A program made the translations under genes and the position numbers. The notes beneath the pieces are model-generated. The model was given only the letters and a program-made list of their open reading frames with translations. It did no database searches and was not told the origin of the DNA. A DNA stretch of 51,533 nt from Thermoplasmatota archaeon (GTDB lineage Archaea; Thermoplasmatota; Thermoplasmata; UBA10834), in assembly GCA_022848805.1 (NCBI GenBank), contig JAJISI010000002.1:1-51533 (forward strand), given 5' to 3'. Of the stretch, positions 19,155 to 27,591 are shown one piece after another; the first letter of the stretch is position 1, and each line of letters starts with the position of its first letter.

Positions 19155-19717
19155 ATCCAGATGCAGTTAAGCGCTACGCCCGGGTCGTCCGGGAGACACG
19201 GGAGACCAAGGTGTGCGCAGAGGTGACAGTAGACGGTACAGGCGACGCGAGGTGCGATATCCCGGACGAGTTCCTAAGACACATGGTTGAGACGCTTGGG
19301 AGATACTCCGGAATCGACCTAGTCATTGAGGCTAGAGGTGATATCGATCATCACCTGATTGAGGACGTCGCGATAACCCTTGGACGTGCCTATCGCGAGG
19401 CCATCGCCGAATCACCCGTCAGAAGGATAGCGAACGCCGTCGTACCCATGGACGAGGCCCTCGTGCAGGTCACGGTGGACCTGATTGACCGCCCTTACGT
19501 GCATTTGGAGCTTCCTAACCAGATGTATTCGCATTTCATAAGGTCGTTCGCGATGGAGATGCGGGCAACGATTCATACCGTGGTTGTTAGAGGGGTAGAT
19601 GACCACCACATAGTCGAGGCGACGTTCAAAGCACTCGGCAGGGCCCTAGGAGAGGCGATGTCTCGTACGGAGTCGTCGGTGTCGACCAAGGCCTCCGTCA
19701 AATGGGGTGTCAGCTGA
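19151..19717 (+). CDS. hisB: Imidazoleglycerol-phosphate dehydratase (monofunctional)
   Basis: RETRETKV..HMVETL..IDHHLIEDVAI..GVDDHHIVEATFKALGRAL. TTG start overlaps the hisA stop. No fused phosphatase domain. Confidence 0.92.
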   Translation: MNPDAVKRYARVVRETRETKVCAEVTVDGTGDARCDIPDEFLRHMVETLGRYSGIDLVIEARGDIDHHLIEDVAITLGRAYREAIAESPVRRIANAVVPMDEALVQVTVDLIDRPYVHLELPNQMYSHFIRSFAMEMRATIHTVVVRGVDDHHIVEATFKALGRALGEAMSRTESSVSTKASVKWGVS

Positions 19718-20481
19718 TGCCGTTATCGAAGAGGATCATACCTTGCCTGGACGTCCGCGACGGAGTCGTCGTCAAGGGCATCTGCTTCAAGGGACTGGCG
19801 GAGGTCGGCGACCCGCCGACGCTGGCAGTGAAGTATCAGGAGCAGGGTGCGGACGAGATCGTGTTCCTCGACGTGAAAGCCTCGTTGGCAGGCGTCGAGA
19901 CAATGCGTGCCGCAGTACAGAAGACGGCCGAGCAGCTCTTCGTACCTCTTACGGTAGGTGGAGGGATCAGGACATTCGAAGACGTCAGGCAAATGCTACG
20001 CGTAGGAGCAGACAAGATCTCAATCAATACCGCAGCCGTTGCGGACCCATCTCTGGTTTCCAGATGTGCGGGGGCATTCGGCAGCCAGTGCGTCGTCGTC
20101 GCCGTCGATGCAAAGCGAACTGGCGACAGCTGGGAAGTTTATACTCACTCTGGAACGAGGCCCTCTGGGCGTGACGCCGTCGATTGGACGAGGGAGGTCT
20201 GTGAGTTGGGTGCTGGAGAGATACTGCTGACTAGCATGGACTCCGACGGCATGAAGAACGGGTACGACCTCGAGCTCACCCGGAGGATAGTGCGCGAGGT
20301 GAGCGTGCCAGTTATCGCCTCGGGAGGATGCGGCAACATCGAGCACGTGACCGAGGTCCTTTCGGCCGGCGAGGCGGACGCTGCGCTCGCGGCTTCGATA
20401 TTCCACTACGGACAGCACACGGTACGCGAAGTGAAGGAAGCGCTCGTTGAGAGGGGAATCCCTGTCAGGAGATGCAGCTGA
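19717..20481 (+). CDS. hisF: Imidazole glycerol phosphate synthase, cyclase subunit
   Basis: MPLSKRIIPCLDV..LTVGGGIR..SGGCGNIEH..AASIFH. The ATG at 19717 overlaps the hisB TGA. Confidence 0.95.
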   Translation: MPLSKRIIPCLDVRDGVVVKGICFKGLAEVGDPPTLAVKYQEQGADEIVFLDVKASLAGVETMRAAVQKTAEQLFVPLTVGGGIRTFEDVRQMLRVGADKISINTAAVADPSLVSRCAGAFGSQCVVVAVDAKRTGDSWEVYTHSGTRPSGRDAVDWTREVCELGAGEILLTSMDSDGMKNGYDLELTRRIVREVSVPVIASGGCGNIEHVTEVLSAGEADAALAASIFHYGQHTVREVKEALVERGIPVRRCS

Positions 20482-21056
20482 TGGCTGAGAGCACTCTCAT
20501 CCCGGTCGTAGTTCAGGACGTCAGGAACAACAATGTCTTGATGGTGGCCTTCACGAATGACGAGGCGCTCGAACTCACGAAGAAGACTGGATACATGCAC
20601 TTCTGGAGTCGGTCTAGACAGAGCATATGGAAGAAAGGCGAGACATCAGGCAACGTTCAGAGAGTCGTGGAACTGTTGACCGACTGCGACGAAGACGCAA
20701 TCCTTGCACGCGTGGAACAGACCGGCGTGGCATGCCACACAGGGACATACTCTTGCTTCTTCGACAAACCAATGGGACAGAACGACGTCGTGTCGGAGCT
20801 GTGGAGGGTGTTCGATGAGAGGAAGCAGAGTCATTGTGAGTCCTCCTACACTTGCCGGCTTCTGAGCAATCGGAACTTGCTCCTGAAGAAGATCGCAGAG
20901 GAGAGTTCCGAAGTGTTACTGGCTGCAAAGGACAGGAACAGAGGGGAGGTCGTCTATGAGGCTGCCGATCTGATGTATCATCTGCTCGTGCTTCTGTACG
21001 ACGAAGGCATTACGCTGGCCGATGTCTACAAGGAACTGGAGGGAAGAAGGAAATGA
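20472..21056 (+). CDS. hisIE: Bifunctional phosphoribosyl-AMP cyclohydrolase / phosphoribosyl-ATP pyrophosphatase
   Basis: The HisI part has FWSRSRQSIWKKGETSGNVQ..DCDEDAIL..VACHTG. The HisE part has EESSEVLLAAK..EAADLMYHLLVLL. Confidence 0.92.
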   Translation: MQLMAESTLIPVVVQDVRNNNVLMVAFTNDEALELTKKTGYMHFWSRSRQSIWKKGETSGNVQRVVELLTDCDEDAILARVEQTGVACHTGTYSCFFDKPMGQNDVVSELWRVFDERKQSHCESSYTCRLLSNRNLLLKKIAEESSEVLLAAKDRNRGEVVYEAADLMYHLLVLLYDEGITLADVYKELEGRRK

Positions 21057-21721
21057 GGGCGAAACGTTGCGACTTTCATACGCACACGATATTCAGCGAC
21101 GGCGAACTGATCCCCATGGAGCTCATTCGAAGGGCCGCTGTGGCGGACCACAGAGCGGTTGCGATAACCGACCACGCGTCGTTCTCAAGCATAGATTGGG
21201 TCATCGGGCAGGTGGCAAAGGACTGTGCTAAGGCAGACGCATGGGGGATAGACGCGATCCCTGGCGTAGAGATCACCCACGTGCCGGTCAAGTATCTTGA
21301 CGAATCCATCCGTCTCGCCAAGAAGGCTGGAGCGGAGATCGTTGTCGTGCACGGGGAGACTCCGGTCGAACCCGTTGAGAGCGGGACCAACCACGCTGCA
21401 GTATCGAACCCTGATGTCGACATCCTGGCACACCCTGGAATGATGTCAGAGGATGACGCGCACCTCGCCGCGAAGAACGAAGTGTTTCTGGAGATCTCAT
21501 GTCGGAGGGGTCACTCCCTGTCGAATGGGCATGTCGCGTCGATGGCCTTGAACGCCGGGGCGAGATTGCTCGTCAACACAGACATGCACTCCCCCGAGGA
21601 CCTGAGCTCAATGGCCACCGCAACCGCTGTCGCCAGAGGGGCGGGCCTCGACCCAGACCGAACCAGGGAAGCGCTTGTCACCAACTCCGAGACATTGCTT
21701 CGCAAGCTGGGAAGGCTCTAG
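21053..21721 (+). CDS. PHP-family metal-dependent phosphoesterase, candidate histidinol-phosphatase
   Basis: CDFHTHTIFSDG (HxH), ITDH, HGE and NTDMH metal-ligand pattern of PHP domains. ATGA-coupled to hisIE as the last gene of the his operon. Confidence 0.65.
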   Translation: MRAKRCDFHTHTIFSDGELIPMELIRRAAVADHRAVAITDHASFSSIDWVIGQVAKDCAKADAWGIDAIPGVEITHVPVKYLDESIRLAKKAGAEIVVVHGETPVEPVESGTNHAAVSNPDVDILAHPGMMSEDDAHLAAKNEVFLEISCRRGHSLSNGHVASMALNAGARLLVNTDMHSPEDLSSMATATAVARGAGLDPDRTREALVTNSETLLRKLGRL

Positions 21722-21729
21722 CCTGCGTC

Positions 21730-21758
21730 TTATTAACTTTCGGTGGTTGCCTTAATAA
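21730..21758 (+). promoter_or_regulatory. Inverted repeat TTATTAA-N15-TTAATAA upstream of nikR (candidate operator overlapping the TATA region)
   Basis: The perfect 7-bp arms are at 21730-21736 and 21752-21758. The repeat ends about 25 nt before the nikR start at 21783. Confidence 0.35.
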
Positions 21759-21782
21759 TGCTGAAATACTGACATCACCATA

Positions 21783-22190
21783 GTGGCGATGAAGAAAATG
21801 ATAGTCAGTCTTTCGGTTCCCGAGGCGCTGCTGGATCAGTTCGACGAGGTACGTCGCTCGAAGGGGTTCCGGTCGCGCTCCGACGCAGTGAGAGAGGCCA
21901 TGCGCGCGTTTCTGGATGAGGCCGATTGGGAGAGTTCCGACGGCGAGAACCAGCTGGTCGTGACTACCATCTACGACGAGCACGGCCCTCGCGGCGAGCT
22001 CTCAGCCCTGCAGCACAGACACGAGGAGATACAGATGATGCTCCACCTGCATCTGGAGAAGGGACAGTGCATGGAGTTGTTCATCGCTAGAGGATCTAAC
22101 GCCGTGCTACGCGAGATCCTCGGCAAGTTGCGGCGGATCAAAGGTGTGAGGTCAATCAGATTCATCTCGACCGCGAGCGGCATCCGTTAA
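21783..22190 (+). CDS. nikR: NikR-family nickel-responsive regulator
   Basis: N-terminal ribbon-helix-helix ([38 protein letters not shown]) and a C-terminal ACT-like domain with His/Cys cluster ([23 protein letters not shown]). Confidence 0.8.
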   Translation: MAMKKMIVSLSVPEALLDQFDEVRRSKGFRSRSDAVREAMRAFLDEADWESSDGENQLVVTTIYDEHGPRGELSALQHRHEEIQMMLHLHLEKGQCMELFIARGSNAVLREILGKLRRIKGVRSIRFISTASGIR

Positions 22191-22290
22191 TCGCTCAACC
22201 CTTGAAGTCTCCTGGGGTGAGTCCTGTGAGGGGATTCCGTGTAGTTCGGCGGAAACGTTAATATCTCAACCATGGGTACGCCGCACGGAG

Positions 22291-22959
22291 ATGGTTGGCA
22301 TGAGTTGTGATCAAGATTCGACCAGAGGCATACCTCTGCTTGGCGAGAAGTTTCCCGAGATGGAAGTCCAGACGACGCATGGCAAGATGCTGCTGCCCGA
22401 AGCTTTTGCTGGGAAGTGGTTCGTGCTATTCAGCCACCCAGGAGACTTCACACCTGTGTGCACCACGGAGTTCGTGGCGTTCGCAAAGATGCACGAAGAG
22501 TTCAGGAAGGAGAATTGCGAGCTCATAGGGTTGTCAGTAGACCAGGTCTTCTCCCACATCAAGTGGGTCGAGTGGATCAAGGAGAAGCTCGAAGTGGAGG
22601 TGACCTTCCCCGTTATAGCCGACGGCTCAGCAAACGTCGCGAAGACGCTAGGAATGATTCATCCAGGCAAGGGTACAAACACGGTGAGGGCGGTGTTCTT
22701 TGTGGACCCTGAGGGCAAGATCAGGCTTATGATGTACTACCCGCAGGAGATCGGCAGGAACATGCACGAAGTACTCAGAGCCATCAGGGCGCTGAAGATG
22801 TCCGACGAGAACAAGGTCGCCATGCCTGCAAACTGGCCGAAGAACGACTTCCTGGGCGACAAAGTGATAATTCCTCCTGCAACTGACGAGAAGACCGCGA
22901 AGGAACGGCTGTCGAAGTATGACTGCTACGACTGGTGGTTTTGCACGAAGGAGCTGTGA
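22291..22959 (+). CDS. Peroxiredoxin (archaeal Prx6-like/TPx type)
   Basis: [27 protein letters not shown] (peroxidatic Cys)..[19 protein letters not shown] tail. The ATG at 22300 has better GGAG spacing and may be the true start. Confidence 0.9.
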   Translation: MVGMSCDQDSTRGIPLLGEKFPEMEVQTTHGKMLLPEAFAGKWFVLFSHPGDFTPVCTTEFVAFAKMHEEFRKENCELIGLSVDQVFSHIKWVEWIKEKLEVEVTFPVIADGSANVAKTLGMIHPGKGTNTVRAVFFVDPEGKIRLMMYYPQEIGRNMHEVLRAIRALKMSDENKVAMPANWPKNDFLGDKVIIPPATDEKTAKERLSKYDCYDWWFCTKEL

Positions 22960-23026
22960 CTCGCCGATCTTCCGAGCCGCTTGAGTCCTCCCGCTCCGGG
23001 TGGGGCGTAGCGAAAAAGGTTGGCTA

Positions 23027-23131
23027 TGGTGCTCCCGCCGGGATTTGAACCCGGGTGCCGAGCTTTCTCCGGGCGAGTCAGAACCCGCCCGCGAGAGGCT
23101 CGAATGATTGGCCGGACTACACTACGGGAGC
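23027..23131 (-). tRNA. tRNA-Glu(CUC) with a 27-nt intron at the canonical 37/38 position and encoded CCA
   Basis: Hand fold: acceptor GCTCCCG/CGGGAGC, tRNA-Glu-type D arm GTGTAGTCCGGCCAATCAT, anticodon stem CGAGC/GCTCG, loop CTCTCG^A (anticodon CTC). Intron CGGGCGGGTTCTGACTCGCCCGGAGAA (23065-23091). T arm CCGGG-TTCAAAT-CCCGG, discriminator A, then CCA. The mature length would be 75 nt plus CCA. Confidence 0.85.
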
Positions 23132-23158
23132 CTGGATGAAGCATCCAAACCGGGAGGC

Positions 23159-23168
23159 TTTACATAAA
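23159..23168 (-). promoter_or_regulatory. TATA-like box for tRNA-Glu
   Basis: The minus strand reads TTTATGTAAA, centred about 32 nt upstream of the tRNA 5' end at 23131. Confidence 0.4.
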
Positions 23169-23230
23169 CGTTTGGGGTCACCGCACTCTTTGGAGAACGA
23201 ACCCGTGTTGGAGTCGCTGAAACGCTGCAT

Positions 23231-24049
23231 TCACAGATCCTCGTCGCCTTCTCTCCAATCTAGACCCGGAGTCCTGAGTCCAATCTTCACCACTGCTGGA
23301 ACCTTCCGTTTGTGTGACGACGATCTGACCATCCTGGCGACCATGTCTATCTTATCCTTGGAGACGCCTGTGCGCTCTACTGCAGCATCGCTGTCGAGCG
23401 CGAGTTCTATCGTGAGGAGGACTGAGTCGAGGTTTTCGTAGCTCATGCCTATCTCCTTCTCGTCCGCCTGTCCTGGCCATAAGCCTGCGGAAGGCGCTCT
23501 GTCGATGATTTTCTCAGGAATTTCGAGGACTTCCGCTAATTGGCGTACCTCCGTCTTGTACAGGTCTCCTATAGGCTCTAGGTCCGCTCCACCGTCTCCA
23601 TGCTTCGTGAAGTATCCAATCAGCATCTCGCTCTTGTTGCTCGTTCCGAGAACGAGCCTCTCGTCCTTGCCGGCGAAATGATAGAGGAGAATCATCCTGC
23701 AGCGCGCCTTGATGTTCGCCAACCCCCTCCGGTCGATCTTAGCGCCAACTGCACGTGAGAATGACTCGACAGCATCTGAGATGTCTATGATTCTGTGCTG
23801 GACTCCCTCAAGCTCACACAACATCTTAGCATCCTCAAGATCATCTCTGGGGGAATCCTTCTCTGGCATGATCAGACCGAGCACCTTCTCCTTGCCAACA
23901 GCTCCGACTGCCAATCTGAGGACGACGGCGGAATCGATCCCTCCGCTTACGCCTAGAACATATCCCTTCGCCCCGGTCTTCCTGAGTTTCTCAGCAATGA
24001 AATGCTCGATGACGCTCTCAGTACCGTTCTTGAGGGTGGGTGCCGTCAT
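23231..24049 (-). CDS. nadE: NH3-dependent-type NAD+ synthetase (synthetase domain only)
   Basis: PP-loop GVSGGIDSAV, plus NKSEMLIGYFTKHGDGGADLEPIGDLYKTEV. Confidence 0.9.
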   Translation of the reverse strand: MTAPTLKNGTESVIEHFIAEKLRKTGAKGYVLGVSGGIDSAVVLRLAVGAVGKEKVLGLIMPEKDSPRDDLEDAKMLCELEGVQHRIIDISDAVESFSRAVGAKIDRRGLANIKARCRMILLYHFAGKDERLVLGTSNKSEMLIGYFTKHGDGGADLEPIGDLYKTEVRQLAEVLEIPEKIIDRAPSAGLWPGQADEKEIGMSYENLDSVLLTIELALDSDAAVERTGVSKDKIDMVARMVRSSSHKRKVPAVVKIGLRTPGLDWREGDEDL

Positions 24050-24148
24050 CGGCGTTGTGATGGTTTGGTTCGGATATAGCCGTTATGGTCAGCTGAGAGA
24101 ATGATTCCATCCGAATCATAATCTACCGGCGATGCGGTTCTTCATAGG

Positions 24149-24988
24149 ATGACCAAAGTCGGGGTCGTGCTGGCTCAGGTCAATTGTCCGTTGCATGACA
24201 AAGGCGCCAATCTGAGGAGGATGACCCAGGTAGTTAAACGGGCCAAGGGGGATATTGTCATCTTCCCTGAGTTGAACGTGACGGGCTACATGCCCAGGGA
24301 CGATCTGTTCAAGGTCGCCGAGCCTGCGGATGGGCCGACGGTCAAGACGGTCATGAAGTTGGCGAAGGACTCTCAGAAGGACATCATCTTCGGAATGCCG
24401 ATCCAGGACGAGAGAGACCACGGACATCTCTTCAACTCCGCACTTGTTGCGACAGGGCATGGCCGCCTGTTCAGATATGATAAGATGTACCTGCCGAATT
24501 TCGGTCCGTTTGAGGAGAGGATGTTCTTCACCGGTGGAAGGGGTGCTGTTGTGGCTGAGGGAATGCATGCCAGGATCGGGCTCACCGTGTGCTATGATAT
24601 CTTCTTCCCAGAATTGGTCAAGCTCGAGTCTCTGATGGGTGCGCAGCTGCTAGTGAACCTGTCTGCCTCTCCGACTACATCGCGGCCGAGCTTCGAAAAG
24701 GTACTCCCGGCGCGCGCGGTGGAGAACGGTTTGTTCGTCGCCTTCACTAACATGGTGGGCGTGCACGGCAGTCTGGTGTTCAGCGGTGGAAGCCTGATGT
24801 ACGACCCTCGCGGAGAGCTTCTGGCGAAGGCCGCCGACCTGAAGGAGGATGTGGTGGAGGCAGAGATGGACCTGCATGAAATCGCTCTCACCCGCAGGTT
24901 CAGACCTCTGGCAAGGGATCTTCGCCCCGAGGTACTTGACGAGATCCGCTCACTGCTCCGGGTTCGGTCTGGCGCCGACGCCCTCTAG
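24149..24988 (+). CDS. Carbon-nitrogen hydrolase (nitrilase superfamily) amidase
   Basis: Glu-Lys-Cys triad contexts IVIFPELNVTGY, RYDKMYLPNFG and GLTVCYDIFFPE. Divergent from nadE across 99 nt. Confidence 0.8.
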   Translation: MTKVGVVLAQVNCPLHDKGANLRRMTQVVKRAKGDIVIFPELNVTGYMPRDDLFKVAEPADGPTVKTVMKLAKDSQKDIIFGMPIQDERDHGHLFNSALVATGHGRLFRYDKMYLPNFGPFEERMFFTGGRGAVVAEGMHARIGLTVCYDIFFPELVKLESLMGAQLLVNLSASPTTSRPSFEKVLPARAVENGLFVAFTNMVGVHGSLVFSGGSLMYDPRGELLAKAADLKEDVVEAEMDLHEIALTRRFRPLARDLRPEVLDEIRSLLRVRSGADAL

Positions 24989-25054
24989 CAGAGGGCGGGG
25001 ATTCACGAGACTCAGTCCTCTCGTTCCAGCGTTTCGTGCGTGGGTTCGGATATT

Positions 25055-25063
25055 CTTAAATAT
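25055..25063 (+). promoter_or_regulatory. TATA-like box for tRNA-Ser
   Basis: CTTAAATAT centred about 30 nt upstream of the tRNA 5' end at 25088. Confidence 0.4.
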
Positions 25064-25087
25064 GAACATCATTTTGGAGGTATCCAA

Positions 25088-25193
25088 GCTGAGGTAGCCC
25101 AGCCCGGTAAGGCGCGAGCCTGGAGTCTTGATGATTCAAGTCAGTCAGCTCGTGGCGCTTTGCGCCTCGGGAGTTCGAATCTCCCCCTCAGCG
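25088..25193 (+). tRNA. tRNA-Ser(GGA) with a 21-nt intron at the canonical 37/38 position; CCA not encoded
   Basis: Hand fold: acceptor GCTGAGG/CCTCAGC, D arm GCCCAGCCCGGTAAGGC, anticodon stem CGAGC/GCTCG, loop CTGGAG^A (anticodon GGA). Intron TCTTGATGATTCAAGTCAGTC (25126-25146). Long variable arm TGGCGCTTTGCGCCTC, T arm GGGAG-TTCGAAT-CTCCC, discriminator G followed by CCT. Confidence 0.85.
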
Positions 25194-25255
25194 CCTTGTC
25201 ATATCCTGCGGTCGCCGCGCTCACCATCATGTTCACGATGGAGAAAGTGGGCCGG

Positions 25256-25861
25256 TCAGCGCTGTGAGATGAGGTCCACGACTTCAGCGAGGTCCTCTTG
25301 CGTGTTGACATTGATGAAGCTCTCGAGATGGGGGTCGAGCCGTCTGAGGTCTTCCTCGTCCACTGTTGCCAAATCGAGCAGATGGTATGCGTCTTTCGGT
25401 CTTCTCCGCCCAGAGGCGACGGCCTGCTCGAAAGCACCCAAGCAGATTTTTCGGCGATAGCAGGCGTGGAGTGGTTCCAGATATCCACGAATGCAGGGCA
25501 CCGCTCCATCCTTCCCTTCTCCGTTATCCACAACGGCTCTGCACACACCTGGCCTAAGGAGAGGGGTGTCACACGGGCTGACGACTACATAATCGCCTCC
25601 CGCCGCCCTCATCGCGGTTGTCAACCCATGGAGCGGCCCGATCCCTTCTCTCTCGTCTTCGACTATTATAGTGTCATTTGAGAGGAATCTCGCATATTCC
25701 TCAGCTCGTCCGTCCGCTACGGCCACAACGACTTCGTCTGCCAATATCCGCATCGTCGCCACTACTCTGCTGACCATGGGCTCATCGTTGAGCATGACAA
25801 GCCCTTTCTCCTGGCCGAAACGTGTGCCTGTTCCGCCGGAGAGCACAATCCCCGTCAGCAT
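25256..25861 (-). CDS. mobA: Molybdenum cofactor guanylyltransferase
   Basis: MLTGIVLSGGTGTRFGQEKGLV and SPCDTPLL motifs. The internal ATG at 25861 was chosen because the 46-codon upstream extension (to 25999) is non-homologous and would run across the hypE promoter and start. Confidence 0.8.
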   Translation of the reverse strand: MLTGIVLSGGTGTRFGQEKGLVMLNDEPMVSRVVATMRILADEVVVAVADGRAEEYARFLSNDTIIVEDEREGIGPLHGLTTAMRAAGGDYVVVSPCDTPLLRPGVCRAVVDNGEGKDGAVPCIRGYLEPLHACYRRKICLGAFEQAVASGRRRPKDAYHLLDLATVDEEDLRRLDPHLESFINVNTQEDLAEVVDLISQR

Positions 25862-25940
25862 GTCCACGGGATATCTGGTCGCTCCACATGAACTTTGTCT
25901 GGAGAAGAGGCTGGTTAGTACCTCGGTTTGGCCAAAAAGG

Positions 25941-25948
25941 TTATAATA
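25941..25948 (+). promoter_or_regulatory. TATA box for hypE
   Basis: AAAGGTTATAATAG about 35-40 nt upstream of the ATG at 25983. Confidence 0.4.
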
Positions 25949-25982
25949 GCCAACCATTTTCGAGCACTTGCGGGAGAGCGAG

Positions 25983-27029
25983 ATGTCGAAGATAACCATG
26001 GCTCAGGGAGCTGGCGGGGAAAGGATGCAGGAGTTCATCCGCGAGTTCGTGCTCAAGGAGTTGGAGCACGATTTCGGAGACATACCGCTGGGAGCCTTGG
26101 ATGACGCCGCAGTTGTCGATGGCATCGTGTTCACCACTGATTCTTACACCGTCAAACCGTTGTTCTTCCCTGGAGGCGACATCGGCACGCTGGCCGTGGC
26201 TGGTACTGTCAACGACGTCTCCGTCATGGGTGCGGCGCCCATCGCCCTGTCGTGCGGAATGATACTCGAGGAGGGATTCTCCGAGAGCGACCTTCACCGT
26301 ATCATGAGTAGCCTGAACAGAACCTCGAGATCGGCAGGTGTGAGGATAGTCACGGGCGATACCAAGGTGGTTGAGATAGGCGCGGTCGATGAATTGTTCA
26401 TAAACACGAGCGGGATAGGGCGACGTTCTACCCATCTCGACGCGAATCTGGAGCGTGTCCGCGCGGCGCGGGAATTCTTATGGAATTGGCCGAACGACTC
26501 GGGAGTCGCTGATGGTGACGTTCTCATCGTCTCGGGATCGATAGGCAACCACGGGGTCGCACTGCTGTCATTCCGTGAGGGATACGGGTTTGAAACCGAG
26601 GTCCGTACCGACGCGGCTCCCCTGAACCATCTGACCGAGTCAGCGGTGAAGGTCGGAGGCGTAGTCGCGATGAAGGACCCCACGAGGGGTGGCCTGTCAA
26701 ATCTCCTGAACGAATGGGCCGAGAAGTCCAAGGTGGGTCTAGTCGTGCGAGAAGAAGATATTCCTATCGACGGCCCCGTCATGGCTGCGTGCGAGATGCT
26801 GGGCATCGACCCTCTCGAGGTTGGAAACGAGGGCAAGGTCGTCCTGGCGGTGGTGCCCGATGCGGCTGAGGAAGTCCTGAAGGCGATCAGGAAGACTCCG
26901 GAGGGGTCGAACGCGCGAATCGTTGGCAGAGCCTCGAAGGACGTCGAGGGCGTATTGCTAGAGACGCAGACCGGGGGGAAGCGTTTGGTCGAGCCTCCCG
27001 TGGGAGACCCCGTCCCGAGAATATGCTAG
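25983..27029 (+). CDS. hypE: [NiFe] hydrogenase maturation protein HypE
   Basis: AIR-synthase-like fold (MAQGAGGERMQEF..DAAVV..GDTKVV) and the diagnostic C-terminal PRIC motif. Confidence 0.92.
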   Translation: MSKITMAQGAGGERMQEFIREFVLKELEHDFGDIPLGALDDAAVVDGIVFTTDSYTVKPLFFPGGDIGTLAVAGTVNDVSVMGAAPIALSCGMILEEGFSESDLHRIMSSLNRTSRSAGVRIVTGDTKVVEIGAVDELFINTSGIGRRSTHLDANLERVRAAREFLWNWPNDSGVADGDVLIVSGSIGNHGVALLSFREGYGFETEVRTDAAPLNHLTESAVKVGGVVAMKDPTRGGLSNLLNEWAEKSKVGLVVREEDIPIDGPVMAACEMLGIDPLEVGNEGKVVLAVVPDAAEEVLKAIRKTPEGSNARIVGRASKDVEGVLLETQTGGKRLVEPPVGDPVPRIC

Positions 27030-27043
27030 CGGTCTATGCCGAT

Positions 27044-27532
27044 CTAATCATCTGAGACGAACTCTGATACGATCCTGGTCACTATGGACGGGATGGCGGC
27101 TGCGACCGGAGGGGTCATGCTCTCGCTGACGTTCACGATGTCCTCGGCCTCGATGGCGACGAAGAAGACCTCCTTCGGCATCTTCTCCGGGACGATCTTC
27201 CTTCCCATGGCAAGCGCGGTCGCGATGTTGATGCCGTGAGGCGTCGACCCGTGCACGGTCCTCTCGAACGCACTCTCTTCGAGCACATGGAACTCTCCTG
27301 GTCTCCCCTCGTCCGTCACGATGGCGTCCACGATGACCACTCTGTCGTAGCCCAGAACCATGTCCAACAGCTCCAGACCGCTCGCAGGCAGCTCCTCCAC
27401 ATCCACACTTTCGAGCCCGAGATCCCTGAGCTTCCTCGCTACGTGTATGCCTACACCATCGTCGGAGAGTATTGGGTTGCCGATACCCACAATTAATGTC
27501 CGGGGGCGGTGCAGTTCATCGGAGACGCTCAT
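27044..27532 (-). CDS. [NiFe] hydrogenase maturation endopeptidase
   Basis: LIVGIGNPILSDDGVGIHV..VVIVDA..HG signature of the HycI/HybD/FrhD family. Last gene of the mvh string. Confidence 0.85.
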   Translation of the reverse strand: MSVSDELHRPRTLIVGIGNPILSDDGVGIHVARKLRDLGLESVDVEELPASGLELLDMVLGYDRVVIVDAIVTDEGRPGEFHVLEESAFERTVHGSTPHGINIATALAMGRKIVPEKMPKEVFFVAIEAEDIVNVSESMTPPVAAAIPSIVTRIVSEFVSDD

Positions 27533-27573
27533 GGAGATACCTCATCGCCTAGTATGATGGAAAAACATGTCGT

Positions 27574-27591
27574 CGAGGGGGCTACCCCTCG
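27574..27591 (-). terminator. GC-rich hairpin plus T5 tract between mvhA and the protease gene (possible attenuator or processing site)
   Basis: On the minus strand, CGAGGGG-TAGC-CCCCTCG starts 13 nt after the mvhA stop. TTTTT follows 8 nt later (forward AAAAA at 27561-27565). Confidence 0.3.

Noticed and set aside
25862-25999. The upstream extension of mobA overlaps the hypE start and promoter.
   Set aside because: The conserved MobA N-terminus (MLTGIVLSGGTGTRFG) starts at the internal ATG at 25861. The extension has no similarity and would cover the hypE TATA box.
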